IMG/VR virus record: IMGVR_UViG_3300042484_003148
Span: 67,284 to 131,283 of that record
Strand: one strand, 5' to 3'
DNA: 64,000 bases
Origin: a virus
Taxonomy: Duplodnaviria > Heunggongvirae > Uroviricota > Caudoviricetes
The position numbers and the translations under genes were made by a program. Shown piece by piece: positions 29,956 to 39,653 of the stretch. The stretch's first letter is position 1. Every line of letters begins with the position of its first letter. Below the pieces are notes generated by a model. That model ran no database searches, was not told where the DNA came from, and saw nothing but the letters and a program-made list of their open reading frames with translations.

Positions 29956-31176
29956 ATGAATTATAAAATATACGCTTTAACTACACCTACTCAATCTATT
30001 AGATACATTGGTTACACTAAACACACTTTAAATAGAAGATTTAATGGACATAAACAAGAATCTAAAAGAAAAAACCCTGACGGGTCTTATTATAATACAA
30101 AACATAAAGATAAATGGTTTAGAAAAAACTACGATGAAATTTCAATAATATTAATTGAAGAAAATATCACAAGTTATGAAAAAGCTTTAGAACGTGAAAA
30201 ATATTGGATTAAATATTATAGAGATAATGGCTATAACTTAGTCAATAGTACAGATGGTGGTGACGGCACAGTTGGTTATAAATTAACCGAAGAACACAAA
30301 CAACATTTAAGTAATATTAATAAAGGTAAAACTTTAACAGAAGAACATAAACAAAAAATTTCAAATTCTCATAAAAAATTAAATAAAAAAATGCCAGAAG
30401 AACACAAAGAATTATTATCTAAAATAACTAACACACCTGAAGCTAGAAATAAAATTAAAATATCTAGGTATAGAATTTTCCTAGAAAGAAACGGTGTAAA
30501 TTTTGAAAATAATGATAATGATATTATTGAAAAATATAACAAATTAAAATCTGACATCGAAAATACAAAACTTCAAAAACAAAATGAAATAAATGAACTA
30601 AAGAGTAAAATTAAACAAATTAAAGACGAAGAAAATATTAAAAAACAAATTCTAAAAGATAATTTAAATAACAAAAGAAAACAAGAGAAAATAGAAAGAG
30701 AAGCGAATAAAATAAAGTCTTATGAAGAGTTAGTTAGTCAAGGTTTAATGTATAAATTTATAGATAAAAATGGTAAAATAATATACAAACATATAGTTTC
30801 AGAAGAATCAAAACAAAAAATGTCAGAATCACACAAAGGTAAAATTATTTCAGAAGAAACTAAATTAAAAATGTCTGAATCAATAAAAGAATATTATGTG
30901 AATAATCCTAAAAAACCTTTGACTGAAGAACAGAAACAAAACTTAAGGGAAAAGAATTTAGGTAAAAAACAAAGTAAAGAAACAATCGAAAAACGTGCTA
31001 TCAAAAATAGAGGTGAAAATAGTGGTAGTGCTAAAGTAACTGAAAAAGATGTTATTGAAATGCGTAGATTGATTGAAACAAATGAATTAACTAGAAAACA
31101 GGTTACTGAAAAATACAACTTAGATTATACTACAGTATGTAAAATATACCAACGAAAACTTTGGAGTCACATTTAA
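29956..31176 (+). CDS. GIY-YIG homing endonuclease with NUMOD3 repeats
   Basis: KIYAL...RYIGYT...RRFNGH...EKYWI; repeated (H)TEEHKQKIS NUMOD3 motifs; C-terminal HTH. Confidence 0.85.
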   Translation: MNYKIYALTTPTQSIRYIGYTKHTLNRRFNGHKQESKRKNPDGSYYNTKHKDKWFRKNYDEISIILIEENITSYEKALEREKYWIKYYRDNGYNLVNSTDGGDGTVGYKLTEEHKQHLSNINKGKTLTEEHKQKISNSHKKLNKKMPEEHKELLSKITNTPEARNKIKISRYRIFLERNGVNFENNDNDIIEKYNKLKSDIENTKLQKQNEINELKSKIKQIKDEENIKKQILKDNLNNKRKQEKIEREANKIKSYEELVSQGLMYKFIDKNGKIIYKHIVSEESKQKMSESHKGKIISEETKLKMSESIKEYYVNNPKKPLTEEQKQNLREKNLGKKQSKETIEKRAIKNRGENSGSAKVTEKDVIEMRRLIETNELTRKQVTEKYNLDYTTVCKIYQRKLWSHI

Positions 31177-31211
31177 ATAAACTAACAACACAAAGTATTA
31201 AACAAAACAAT

Positions 31212-32498
31212 ATGAACCCAACTGAAACTTTTATATCAAAAGCAAGGAAAAAACACGGTGATAAATATGATTATTCAGAAGTTAACTTTATAAAAAACAC
31301 TATCCCTGTAACAATAATATGTAGAACACATGGACCTTTTCAACAAACACCAGCAACACACTTAAAAGGTTCTGGTTGTCAGAAATGTTCTAAAACAGCT
31401 AAATTAACAACTGAAGAATTTATTGAAAAAGCAAAAGATATACATGGTGATAGATATGATTATTCTGAAACAATATATATTTCAAATATTTTACCTGTAA
31501 AAATTAAATGTCATAAACATGGGTATTTTGAGCAAAGACCCAATTCACATTTATCATCAAAAGATGGTTCAAAAGGTAATTGTCCACTTTGCGCTAAAAA
31601 AATATTAACAAAAGATGAATTTATTCAAAAAGCAAGAGAAGTTCATAGTGATAAATATATTTATGATGATGTTGTATATGTTAATGAAAGTAAAAATATC
31701 ACAATTAAATGTAAAATACATGGTCCATTTGAACAAACACCAAAATCACATTTAAAGGGTAATGGATGTTCAAGTTGTTCTGGTTTAAAACAATTAACAA
31801 CTGAAGAATTTATAGAAAGAGCTAAAAAAGTTCATGGTGATAGATATAATTATTCGGAAAGTGAATATATTAATTCCAACACTAAAATAAAAATTATATG
31901 CAAAGAACATGGTCCATTTTACCAGACACACACTATACATTGCAGTGGTAATGGATGTAGTAAATGTTCAGGTATGCATAATAAAACAACTGAAGAGTTT
32001 GTAAAAGAACTTGAAAAAATATATGGTGATAAATATGATTACAAAGATGTTAAATATATTAACAATAGGGTAAAAGTTTTATTACACTGTCCTACACATG
32101 GAGAGTTTTTAAAAACACCTAAAGAATTACTTAAAAACACCGGTTGTCCAAAATGTAGATGTTCCAAAGGTGAACACAAAGTTGATAGTGTATTAAGTGA
32201 AGCAGGTTTTGAATTTGAAACAGAAAAAACTTTTGAAGGGTGTTTTTATAAAACTAAATTACGATTTGATTTTTATTTACCTTACCAAAATTTATGTATT
32301 GAATTTGATGGTAAACAACACTATGAACCTGTTAAAATATTTGGTGGTAAGGATGCTTTTGAAGAGTTACAAAAACGTGATAAAATTAAAGAACAGTATT
32401 GTAAAGATAATGGAATTGATTTAATACGTATTCGTTATGATGAAGATATAATTCAGAAAATCGAAGAATTTTTCACACCCACAGGACCTGTATATTAA
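31212..32498 (+). CDS. Zn-ribbon-repeat protein with C-terminal DUF559/Vsr-like PD-(D/E)XK endonuclease
   Basis: Five ~63-aa HGDKYDY..C..HG.F....GCxxC repeats, then RFDFYLP..NLCIEFDGKQHY...LIRIRY; ATG at 31212. Confidence 0.85.
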   Translation: MNPTETFISKARKKHGDKYDYSEVNFIKNTIPVTIICRTHGPFQQTPATHLKGSGCQKCSKTAKLTTEEFIEKAKDIHGDRYDYSETIYISNILPVKIKCHKHGYFEQRPNSHLSSKDGSKGNCPLCAKKILTKDEFIQKAREVHSDKYIYDDVVYVNESKNITIKCKIHGPFEQTPKSHLKGNGCSSCSGLKQLTTEEFIERAKKVHGDRYNYSESEYINSNTKIKIICKEHGPFYQTHTIHCSGNGCSKCSGMHNKTTEEFVKELEKIYGDKYDYKDVKYINNRVKVLLHCPTHGEFLKTPKELLKNTGCPKCRCSKGEHKVDSVLSEAGFEFETEKTFEGCFYKTKLRFDFYLPYQNLCIEFDGKQHYEPVKIFGGKDAFEELQKRDKIKEQYCKDNGIDLIRIRYDEDIIQKIEEFFTPTGPVY

Positions 32499-32543
32499 AT
32501 TCCTAAACTAACCCAGTTATCTTCTTTAATTAGAAGATAACTT

Positions 32544-33041
32544 TCAACCCACATTTCCTTCTTCAACCAACTTTCCACCAACATACCTTTTTCTATCGTG
32601 GTAAAGAACAATATCTTCAACCACTGTTTCCCCTTCGGCTCCTTCTGATTCTTCGTTAGCACCTTCTCTATTACTTCTAGAACTAGTATTATCCAAAGCG
32701 ACATCAATACCTTCAAACGGACTAGCTTGAAGTATATCTTCAACAACATCTACTTCTATTTCATGCAACATACCAATTAGGTCAAAACTTCCTTTATTAT
32801 CAGCATCATTAGAAAAAGGTATTGCTGATAACTTACTTTTGGAACCTACTTGTGTATCATGTAATTCTTTAATCATTTCTTTCATGTGCTGAATTTCAAC
32901 TTTAAGCATTTGAAGTTCAGTTTGCATGTTTAATACATAAATAACACCAGCTAGGACAACACCACCAATAAAGATAAAATTCTTTAATTCTGATTGAGTA
33001 ATAAAACCTTTATTTTCATTATTGTTATTAGAAGCTGCCAT
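32544..33041 (-). CDS. single-pass membrane protein with coiled coil (possible lysis accessory)
   Basis: FIFIGGVVLAGVIYVL transmembrane segment followed by heptad repeats. Confidence 0.4.
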   Translation of the reverse strand: MAASNNNNENKGFITQSELKNFIFIGGVVLAGVIYVLNMQTELQMLKVEIQHMKEMIKELHDTQVGSKSKLSAIPFSNDADNKGSFDLIGMLHEIEVDVVEDILQASPFEGIDVALDNTSSRSNREGANEESEGAEGETVVEDIVLYHDRKRYVGGKLVEEGNVG

Positions 33042-33229
33042 GCTATGTATTTTTATTTCTTTTAAATATAGAAATATATGATTTTTATTAGCTAATTAAC
33101 AAAAAATAGTAAAATTTATTTTATATAAAACAAAAAAATAACCCAACATAAATAAATGTGTTGGGTTATTTTAATAAACAACATTACGTTACATTGTTAA
33201 ACAAGAGGCTTTACGTAATCTAAACTATA

Positions 33230-33805
33230 TTAAGCGTAATAACCAAATAATTTAAGTTGGATTAAATATTCAGTTGCGTTATCAACATCAAGTTTTCCGT
33301 CAAGTTCAGCTTTTTCAACTACTTCATTTTTAAGTGGAATATAAGAAATTTCAATCTCTTTACTCATTAAATCATTATTTTCTGTAACATACTCCTCAAA
33401 TCTCGATGGTTCAACTGGATATGGAATAAATAATGGTTTAACATTGAAAATTTCAAAAGATTTTTTATCATCTTCAGTATAATTTTCTTCAATTTCTTTT
33501 ACAGCTTCTTCAGAAAACTCAATTTCTTTTTCATCTTTAAAGAAAGGTCTAATTGTCTGACCATTATCAACTGATATATAAAGAAATTGTTTATAGGTTG
33601 TATTACCTTGTTGGTCTGTACCATTTTCAATAGAAAAGGAATCAACTAATAGTTTATTTTCTTTACCAAGTTTATCGGTTTCTAATTGAAGTGTTACTAA
33701 GTTATTTGCAACAAAAGATGGAAATAATTTAGCATCTTTAATTTTTTCAAAAAGTGATTTAGCTTCGTAAATCTGTTTGGTTTTTAACTTTAAAGTTGTT
33801 GACAT
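33230..33805 (-). CDS. hypothetical late protein (possible tail-fibre chaperone)
   Basis: Acidic 191 aa, in the tail-fibre region, ACTATTTATA motif at 33831-33840. Confidence 0.4.
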   Translation of the reverse strand: MSTTLKLKTKQIYEAKSLFEKIKDAKLFPSFVANNLVTLQLETDKLGKENKLLVDSFSIENGTDQQGNTTYKQFLYISVDNGQTIRPFFKDEKEIEFSEEAVKEIEENYTEDDKKSFEIFNVKPLFIPYPVEPSRFEEYVTENNDLMSKEIEISYIPLKNEVVEKAELDGKLDVDNATEYLIQLKLFGYYA

Positions 33806-33985
33806 ATTATAAAAATTAGGTTTATTTTATTATAAATAGTTTTATCTTTTAAAACTTAAGATTTATAAATATATAAAATTACTTTGTAAAAAACAAATAA
33901 ATACTCATTTATTTTTGATAGTAACATAAAAATTGCACAATAACATAATCAAAGTTATTGTGCAAAAATCATGTTAGTATAATAT

Positions 33986-34507
33986 TTAATCAACCAAAGG
34001 TAAATCTATTTTAATTATTTCATAGTTATTTTCAATATAATCACCAGCTCTAAATGAATTTTCAGCATCACCAAAACAAGTAAGCATTAATTCAAAACAA
34101 AACCATTTGTCTGGATTATTGATATTCGACAATGATTTACTTAATCTTGACTCAGCACCAAATAATTTATTTGACAACAAAAATAATGCGTAACTATACC
34201 AAACTGATAGTTGATATTTTTTACCTTTTTGTGATATTAAGAAATTATAATCACCTGATGTTTTTGGTATAAATGACCAAACTTCTCTTTTAGGTTCTTT
34301 CTCTTTCCAAGTTTTATAATCAGTCTCAATCACGCCATGTCCAACAGCCTCAATAACTACTTTTTTACCATCAGGATATTCTACAAGAATAGCTCCGTGA
34401 TTAAAGTAAGTTCCCAACACTTCTCTTTGTAAAGCTGAAGCGTAAAACAAAGGTCTTTTCCATTCAAATGGATTATGTATAAGTAACGGAGTTAGTTTTA
34501 TTTCCAT
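33986..34507 (-). CDS. permuted papain-like NlpC/P60 (YiiX/YebB-like) hydrolase
   Basis: FNHGAI (His), IEAV, GKKY and WFCFEL (Cys) in permuted order. Confidence 0.7.
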   Translation of the reverse strand: MEIKLTPLLIHNPFEWKRPLFYASALQREVLGTYFNHGAILVEYPDGKKVVIEAVGHGVIETDYKTWKEKEPKREVWSFIPKTSGDYNFLISQKGKKYQLSVWYSYALFLLSNKLFGAESRLSKSLSNINNPDKWFCFELMLTCFGDAENSFRAGDYIENNYEIIKIDLPLVD

Positions 34508-34690
34508 TTTATCTAATTTTAGATAATCGTAATGTTAGTTTTTTATTTAAATAGTTTGTAAGTTAAATAACTTAATCAAAATATTCAATATACGTTTTAT
34601 AATTATTTTATTACTATTAATAAGTTAAATTATACGTTTCATTTTTATAACAATCAATTACATAAAGTAACTTATTAAAATTTATTATAA

Positions 34691-35209
34691 CTAAGAAACT
34701 CTTTTATTTAATTTACCTTTAATATCTGTTGTTAACATAGATTCAATACTCAAACCTATTGCTGAATATCTTATAGCATTAAAATAACTAACATATTCAG
34801 ATTTCAATGTATAAACCTTAGTTTGTGCATCATAATTATAAGCTGTTAAATCAGTCAAATCGGTAACAACACCTGTTAAAGTACTAACAACAACCGAATC
34901 ATCAGTTATTAATTTATCTAAATTTTTAAATATTGAATTATCAATATTATTTGGTTGAACTTTATTCCATAAATTATTTATCATTGATAATTCATAGTGT
35001 GTTGTTGTAGTTTTTAGTGTTTTATTTAAGAAGGAAATATCTAACTCTTCTACAACAACCAAATATTGCGCACCATTATTTAGTATAGCTAAAACACATG
35101 GTACATTATATGTTGAACCTGTAGTTGAACCTGTGTATATACCTCCATTTGGGTCATTATCGTTAATTAACCTACCTGATAATATTGTTTTTATTGAATT
35201 CATATTCAT
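34691..35209 (-). CDS. tail-associated hypothetical protein
   Basis: Directly downstream of the tail fibre gene. Confidence 0.45.
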   Translation of the reverse strand: MNMNSIKTILSGRLINDNDPNGGIYTGSTTGSTYNVPCVLAILNNGAQYLVVVEELDISFLNKTLKTTTTHYELSMINNLWNKVQPNNIDNSIFKNLDKLITDDSVVVSTLTGVVTDLTDLTAYNYDAQTKVYTLKSEYVSYFNAIRYSAIGLSIESMLTTDIKGKLNKRVS

Positions 35210-35228
35210 GTTTTTATTTTTAAAAGTT

Positions 35229-38200
35229 TTATTTAATTATTCTAATATAATACCTAGCACCAGCAGGTACGCTTATAAAACTAGTTACTCTACTCCAGAC
35301 CCTAATGGTATTTGCTGCTGAAACCCAAGCTAATAATTGATAACCAGAACCAGCTGTCAACAAAGCACCATAAACTGAATCATCAACAACAACTTGAACA
35401 TTATCACCCAAAGCGGCACCTGTTAATGTTATGGTTTGTGTATAATTTTGATTACCATTCCAAGACGCACCAGCTTCTGTAATTACAGCATTTGTAGATA
35501 AATTTGTTATAGAAGAAGGAGTTGACCAAACAGGAACACCACCACTTACAGTTAATACTTGACCAGTTGTACCTATTGCTCTTTTAGATAAAGTATTCCC
35601 GGTAGAAGCGAATAAAATATCACCTGTTGAATAACTTGTTTGATTAGTACCACCATTTATTTCACTTAATTGTGTACCCAAATTTAAAGCACCAGCAACA
35701 CCCAAACCACCACTAACCACTAAAGCACCTGTTGTTGAATTAGTAGAAGATGTTGTTAATGGTATTCTAACACTACTATTACTAACAGTTGTTCCTGTTG
35801 TGTTTAAGAATTCAAACGTATCATAATATGTTAATGCAAATCGTCTTGCTGAAATACCACCAATTCTTAGTTGCCACGTATTTGCTACTATATTAGAAAT
35901 AGTATCATTAACATACCTAAAAGATAATGAATCTAAATTATTATTAGATAACGACAAATAAGATGTTTGACCTGTAGTTACAGATGTAGTTAAAGAAATA
36001 TTTGAAGTTGAATTTAAAGTACCTGATAAAGTACCACCTGTTAAATTAAGATAATTATTTAAATCATTTGATGTTAAATATGTATTTGTATCAATAAAAA
36101 CTGTACCAGTACCTCCTGAAACTCTAACAAAACCATTACTTGTAAATCTTGATAAGTTAATTGTACTTGAATTCAAACTTAAATTTCCAATTGAACCAGC
36201 AATAGCAGAACCTAAGTTAATATTTGTTACACTTCCACTAACACCTGCTGTACCTATATTTATTGCCTTAACTGCTGCATTTGCAGTAGGTACAGCACCA
36301 AAGGAATAAATAACACTTCCTGTATTAGTACCACCTATAGATAAAGTTGAAGCACCACCAAAAGCATTTATTACCGCTGAACCTGTATTAAATACTGCCA
36401 TAGTAGCTGACCCTATAACAGATGTTGCAAAAGTTGGTGATGTATTAAAGACAACAGTACCTGTACCTGTTTCATTTGTTAATGATGAGGCTAATTGTGC
36501 TGATGTTATACTATTAGCTAATGTACTATATAAAGTACCTGAAGTAGGTAATGTTACATTCGTATTAGCTGTAACAGTTAAAGTTGTAGTAAACGCTCCT
36601 GAAGTAGTAAAGGCACCACCTAATGTAAAATCCTTATCATTAAAAGACCATTGACCAGTTGAAGATAATTGACCATACGTATTACCTGTTAATGAACCAC
36701 CTGCTACAAATTTTATACCTCTATTTGCTGTTATCGAACCTAAAACTAAGTTACCACCATTAACAAATAAATAACCGTCATTAGCTAAAGTTGAATTAAA
36801 CGATGCTTCGTTGTAGCCACTATTATTGATACCTAAATTAATATAATTACTAGTATCATTACCGTTATTAGCTGTTGCAACAAAATCAGAAGATGCCGTA
36901 GAACCAGTACTAAGATTTTGTATACTTGATTGTACATAACCATTACTATTACCACCTATACTTAAATAATTCAAAGAATTTAAAAAGGTACCACCATTTA
37001 AAGATAAAGTTGTTCCAGTAATATTATTAAACAACCCATCACCTTGACCTGTAATATAACTTACAGTACCACCTGTAGTATTCAATAATTCTAAAACTCT
37101 ATCACTATCTAAACCTGAACCAACCTGCAAAGTAAAAGCACCTCTAGTTGAATCGGTAATGATTTCAGGTGACACACTGTTATTATAAGCACCTTGAAGT
37201 GTCGTTGTTGAAATTGAACCGCCATCAGTTCCGCTATCAAATCTAGCCGCTTTTATAATTCTTGCACGATTTGATGTTAAATCAGTACAATTTTTTTGAA
37301 CAACAATATAACCTATTAAAATTGATAACCCCTGCAAAGATGGTGACAAGACAAACTCATCAGTTGATAAATTATCAATAGCGTTAGCTAAAGATGGATA
37401 ATGTTGTTGTCCATACTGTATTCTAATATTCCCACTAGGGAATAAAAATACTCTTTGAATAGTCGTTGTACCACCAGCACCAGGTACAGTTGTTACAACA
37501 CCGTTTACATCATAAGATGTTGGGTCAACCAACGTTACATTAGATGCTGTACCACCCGTTTGTGTTCTATACGCAAAAGATGCAGGTGTTGATGATGCAG
37601 GTATTGATACAACATTAGGTGCAACAGGTATTGTTGAATAATTATATGCTCTAGTAAACATAGTACCAGCACTTTTAATGAATGTTAAATTCGCACCATT
37701 AGTACTAATAACATTACCTGTTATGTTAAACTGCCCTAAAGCATCATAAAAATCATATAGATTATTCCCTAAATCTCCAACAATATCAGGTATTGTATTT
37801 GCAAAACTTATTGACGTTCTATTTGCATGATTTAATCTACCTAAAAATATATTTTGTCTTCTTTGTAGTTGTGTTGGAAATGTTGATGATTGTAATACTG
37901 TACCACCACTAGTAATTAAAATATAACTAACATCAGATGATGAGATATAAGTAGGTGTAACACCAACAAAATCATTCCAAGATACATTTATTATTGCAGG
38001 CATAGCCATATTAGTATAATCCACTATATGTCCAGTTCCACCTGAAATGTTAAACAAACTTGAATTACCATTATTAATAGTCAAATAACCACCGCTAATT
38101 AACCCTGTAAAACTATTCAAAGCCATTTTATTACCCAAATAACTATTATTAAATGTTGGGTTAGTTAATAAAATATCTGTACTAACAGTTAAACCACTAA

Positions 38201-38714
38201 CAGTTAAATTTTTTGTTGAATTATTAAAATAAAAAGAATTATCAGAAGTTAAACCAGATATTGAATTAAAAAACGGTACATTATTAATACCACCTGTTCC
38301 AAATATAGGATTATCAGTGTATTTAACATATTTAGTAAAACCACTATAATTAGATAGTTTTAAAGGTGTAACAAAAACATTATCTACTGTACCAGCATCA
38401 GTTTCTGGTTGTGTAGCTTGATATGGAACTGATGACATTAAGGTCCAAACTGAACCATTACTATAATAAACACCTTTTGCATAAAATGTACCACCTAAAG
38501 AACCTGGCAACCAAGATGTACCTTGGTCATTTAAAACCAAATAACAATTTCCTGTATTACCACTAGCTGCTGGTAACAAAGAATATGTATCGACTTTATC
38601 TACAATAATAATCCCTGTAGTAGAACCTGTGCCAGAACCACCACCTGAATTATCGTTGTTAACTAAATCTAATTGTTTTGTTATTGGATTATATATAAAT
38701 TTGTATTTAGCCAC
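35229..38714 (-). CDS. tail fibre protein
   Basis: 1161 aa, G/S/T/N-rich beta-type fibre motifs; GTG start; late motif at 38733. Confidence 0.75.
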   Translation of the reverse strand: MAKYKFIYNPITKQLDLVNNDNSGGGSGTGSTTGIIIVDKVDTYSLLPAASGNTGNCYLVLNDQGTSWLPGSLGGTFYAKGVYYSNGSVWTLMSSVPYQATQPETDAGTVDNVFVTPLKLSNYSGFTKYVKYTDNPIFGTGGINNVPFFNSISGLTSDNSFYFNNSTKNLTVSGLTVSTDILLTNPTFNNSYLGNKMALNSFTGLISGGYLTINNGNSSLFNISGGTGHIVDYTNMAMPAIINVSWNDFVGVTPTYISSSDVSYILITSGGTVLQSSTFPTQLQRRQNIFLGRLNHANRTSISFANTIPDIVGDLGNNLYDFYDALGQFNITGNVISTNGANLTFIKSAGTMFTRAYNYSTIPVAPNVVSIPASSTPASFAYRTQTGGTASNVTLVDPTSYDVNGVVTTVPGAGGTTTIQRVFLFPSGNIRIQYGQQHYPSLANAIDNLSTDEFVLSPSLQGLSILIGYIVVQKNCTDLTSNRARIIKAARFDSGTDGGSISTTTLQGAYNNSVSPEIITDSTRGAFTLQVGSGLDSDRVLELLNTTGGTVSYITGQGDGLFNNITGTTLSLNGGTFLNSLNYLSIGGNSNGYVQSSIQNLSTGSTASSDFVATANNGNDTSNYINLGINNSGYNEASFNSTLANDGYLFVNGGNLVLGSITANRGIKFVAGGSLTGNTYGQLSSTGQWSFNDKDFTLGGAFTTSGAFTTTLTVTANTNVTLPTSGTLYSTLANSITSAQLASSLTNETGTGTVVFNTSPTFATSVIGSATMAVFNTGSAVINAFGGASTLSIGGTNTGSVIYSFGAVPTANAAVKAINIGTAGVSGSVTNINLGSAIAGSIGNLSLNSSTINLSRFTSNGFVRVSGGTGTVFIDTNTYLTSNDLNNYLNLTGGTLSGTLNSTSNISLTTSVTTGQTSYLSLSNNNLDSLSFRYVNDTISNIVANTWQLRIGGISARRFALTYYDTFEFLNTTGTTVSNSSVRIPLTTSSTNSTTGALVVSGGLGVAGALNLGTQLSEINGGTNQTSYSTGDILFASTGNTLSKRAIGTTGQVLTVSGGVPVWSTPSSITNLSTNAVITEAGASWNGNQNYTQTITLTGAALGDNVQVVVDDSVYGALLTAGSGYQLLAWVSAANTIRVWSRVTSFISVPAGARYYIRIIK

Positions 38715-38814
38715 TGTTTGTTTTGTTTTTAATAAATAGTTTATATATAAAACAAAAAAGTTCTGTACTAAATTAATAGAACAGAACTTTTTAATTTATA
38801 AGAAAATATTTTAA

Positions 38815-39081
38815 TTATCTACCATATTGATAACTTAATCTATCATCCCAAACATATTCTTCTTTATAACTTGGTACACCCTTATTATCAACTACAGAAC
38901 CTATTGTTGTTATTGTACCACCATTCCCATCTGAACTATCAACCTGTCTTAAAATTTTCCAAAATGGTTGATTAGTGGGTGTACCTAATGGTGCATAACC
39001 ATAATATGTTACAGTACCACCACTTAAAGCATGTATTAATGGTGCTGGATTATTTTCCGCAACTATCGGATATTGTGTCAT
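38815..39081 (-). CDS. small tail-associated protein
   Basis: YYGYAPLGTPTNQPFWKILR; lies between the two fibre genes. Confidence 0.5.
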   Translation of the reverse strand: MTQYPIVAENNPAPLIHALSGGTVTYYGYAPLGTPTNQPFWKILRQVDSSDGNGGTITTIGSVVDNKGVPSYKEEYVWDDRLSYQYGR

Positions 39082-39115
39082 TTATTATTAATTAATGTTT
39101 TAATTAGTTTTTTAA

Positions 39116-39622
39116 TTATCTAGTAGTCATATCTGCAAACATAGAATCTTTAAATTTTACTGATTGTTGAAAGAATGAAAACGCAGGTACTAAATTAGCT
39201 TTAACTTTTTTCTCATACTTTTTTGGTTCAAAAGAAACAGGTAATTCTGAATTAGTTGTATCAAGTATTTCTTTAGTTAAATCATCTTCATAAATATCTG
39301 ATTCATTTTTAGCTAAAAGACCGTTTGTTGTGTTTAAATAAACTGAATCAGAAAGCACCATCTCTAGTCCATTATAACGATTTGAAACTTGATTACCTGT
39401 AACTCTAGTCCAACCACCTCTAGGTGTTTTAATAAACTCAACAACCTTAGATTTCATCCTATTTTCAAACACTTCAGACATTACCCAAACATCCAACTCT
39501 TCTGTACCATCATCATTAATTCTATGACAACCAACTGATTTAAGAGGGTCATAAGTTACAATATTTGCTGTATTATTAGTCCAATCTATTTCAACTGAAA
39601 CTTTATTTTTTACTGTTGCCAT
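39116..39622 (-). CDS. tail-associated hypothetical protein
   Basis: Likely ATG 39622 (MATVKNK). Confidence 0.5.
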   Translation of the reverse strand: MATVKNKVSVEIDWTNNTANIVTYDPLKSVGCHRINDDGTEELDVWVMSEVFENRMKSKVVEFIKTPRGGWTRVTGNQVSNRYNGLEMVLSDSVYLNTTNGLLAKNESDIYEDDLTKEILDTTNSELPVSFEPKKYEKKVKANLVPAFSFFQQSVKFKDSMFADMTTR

Positions 39623-39653
39623 TTTTTTGTTATTATTTTTAATTAAATAGTTT

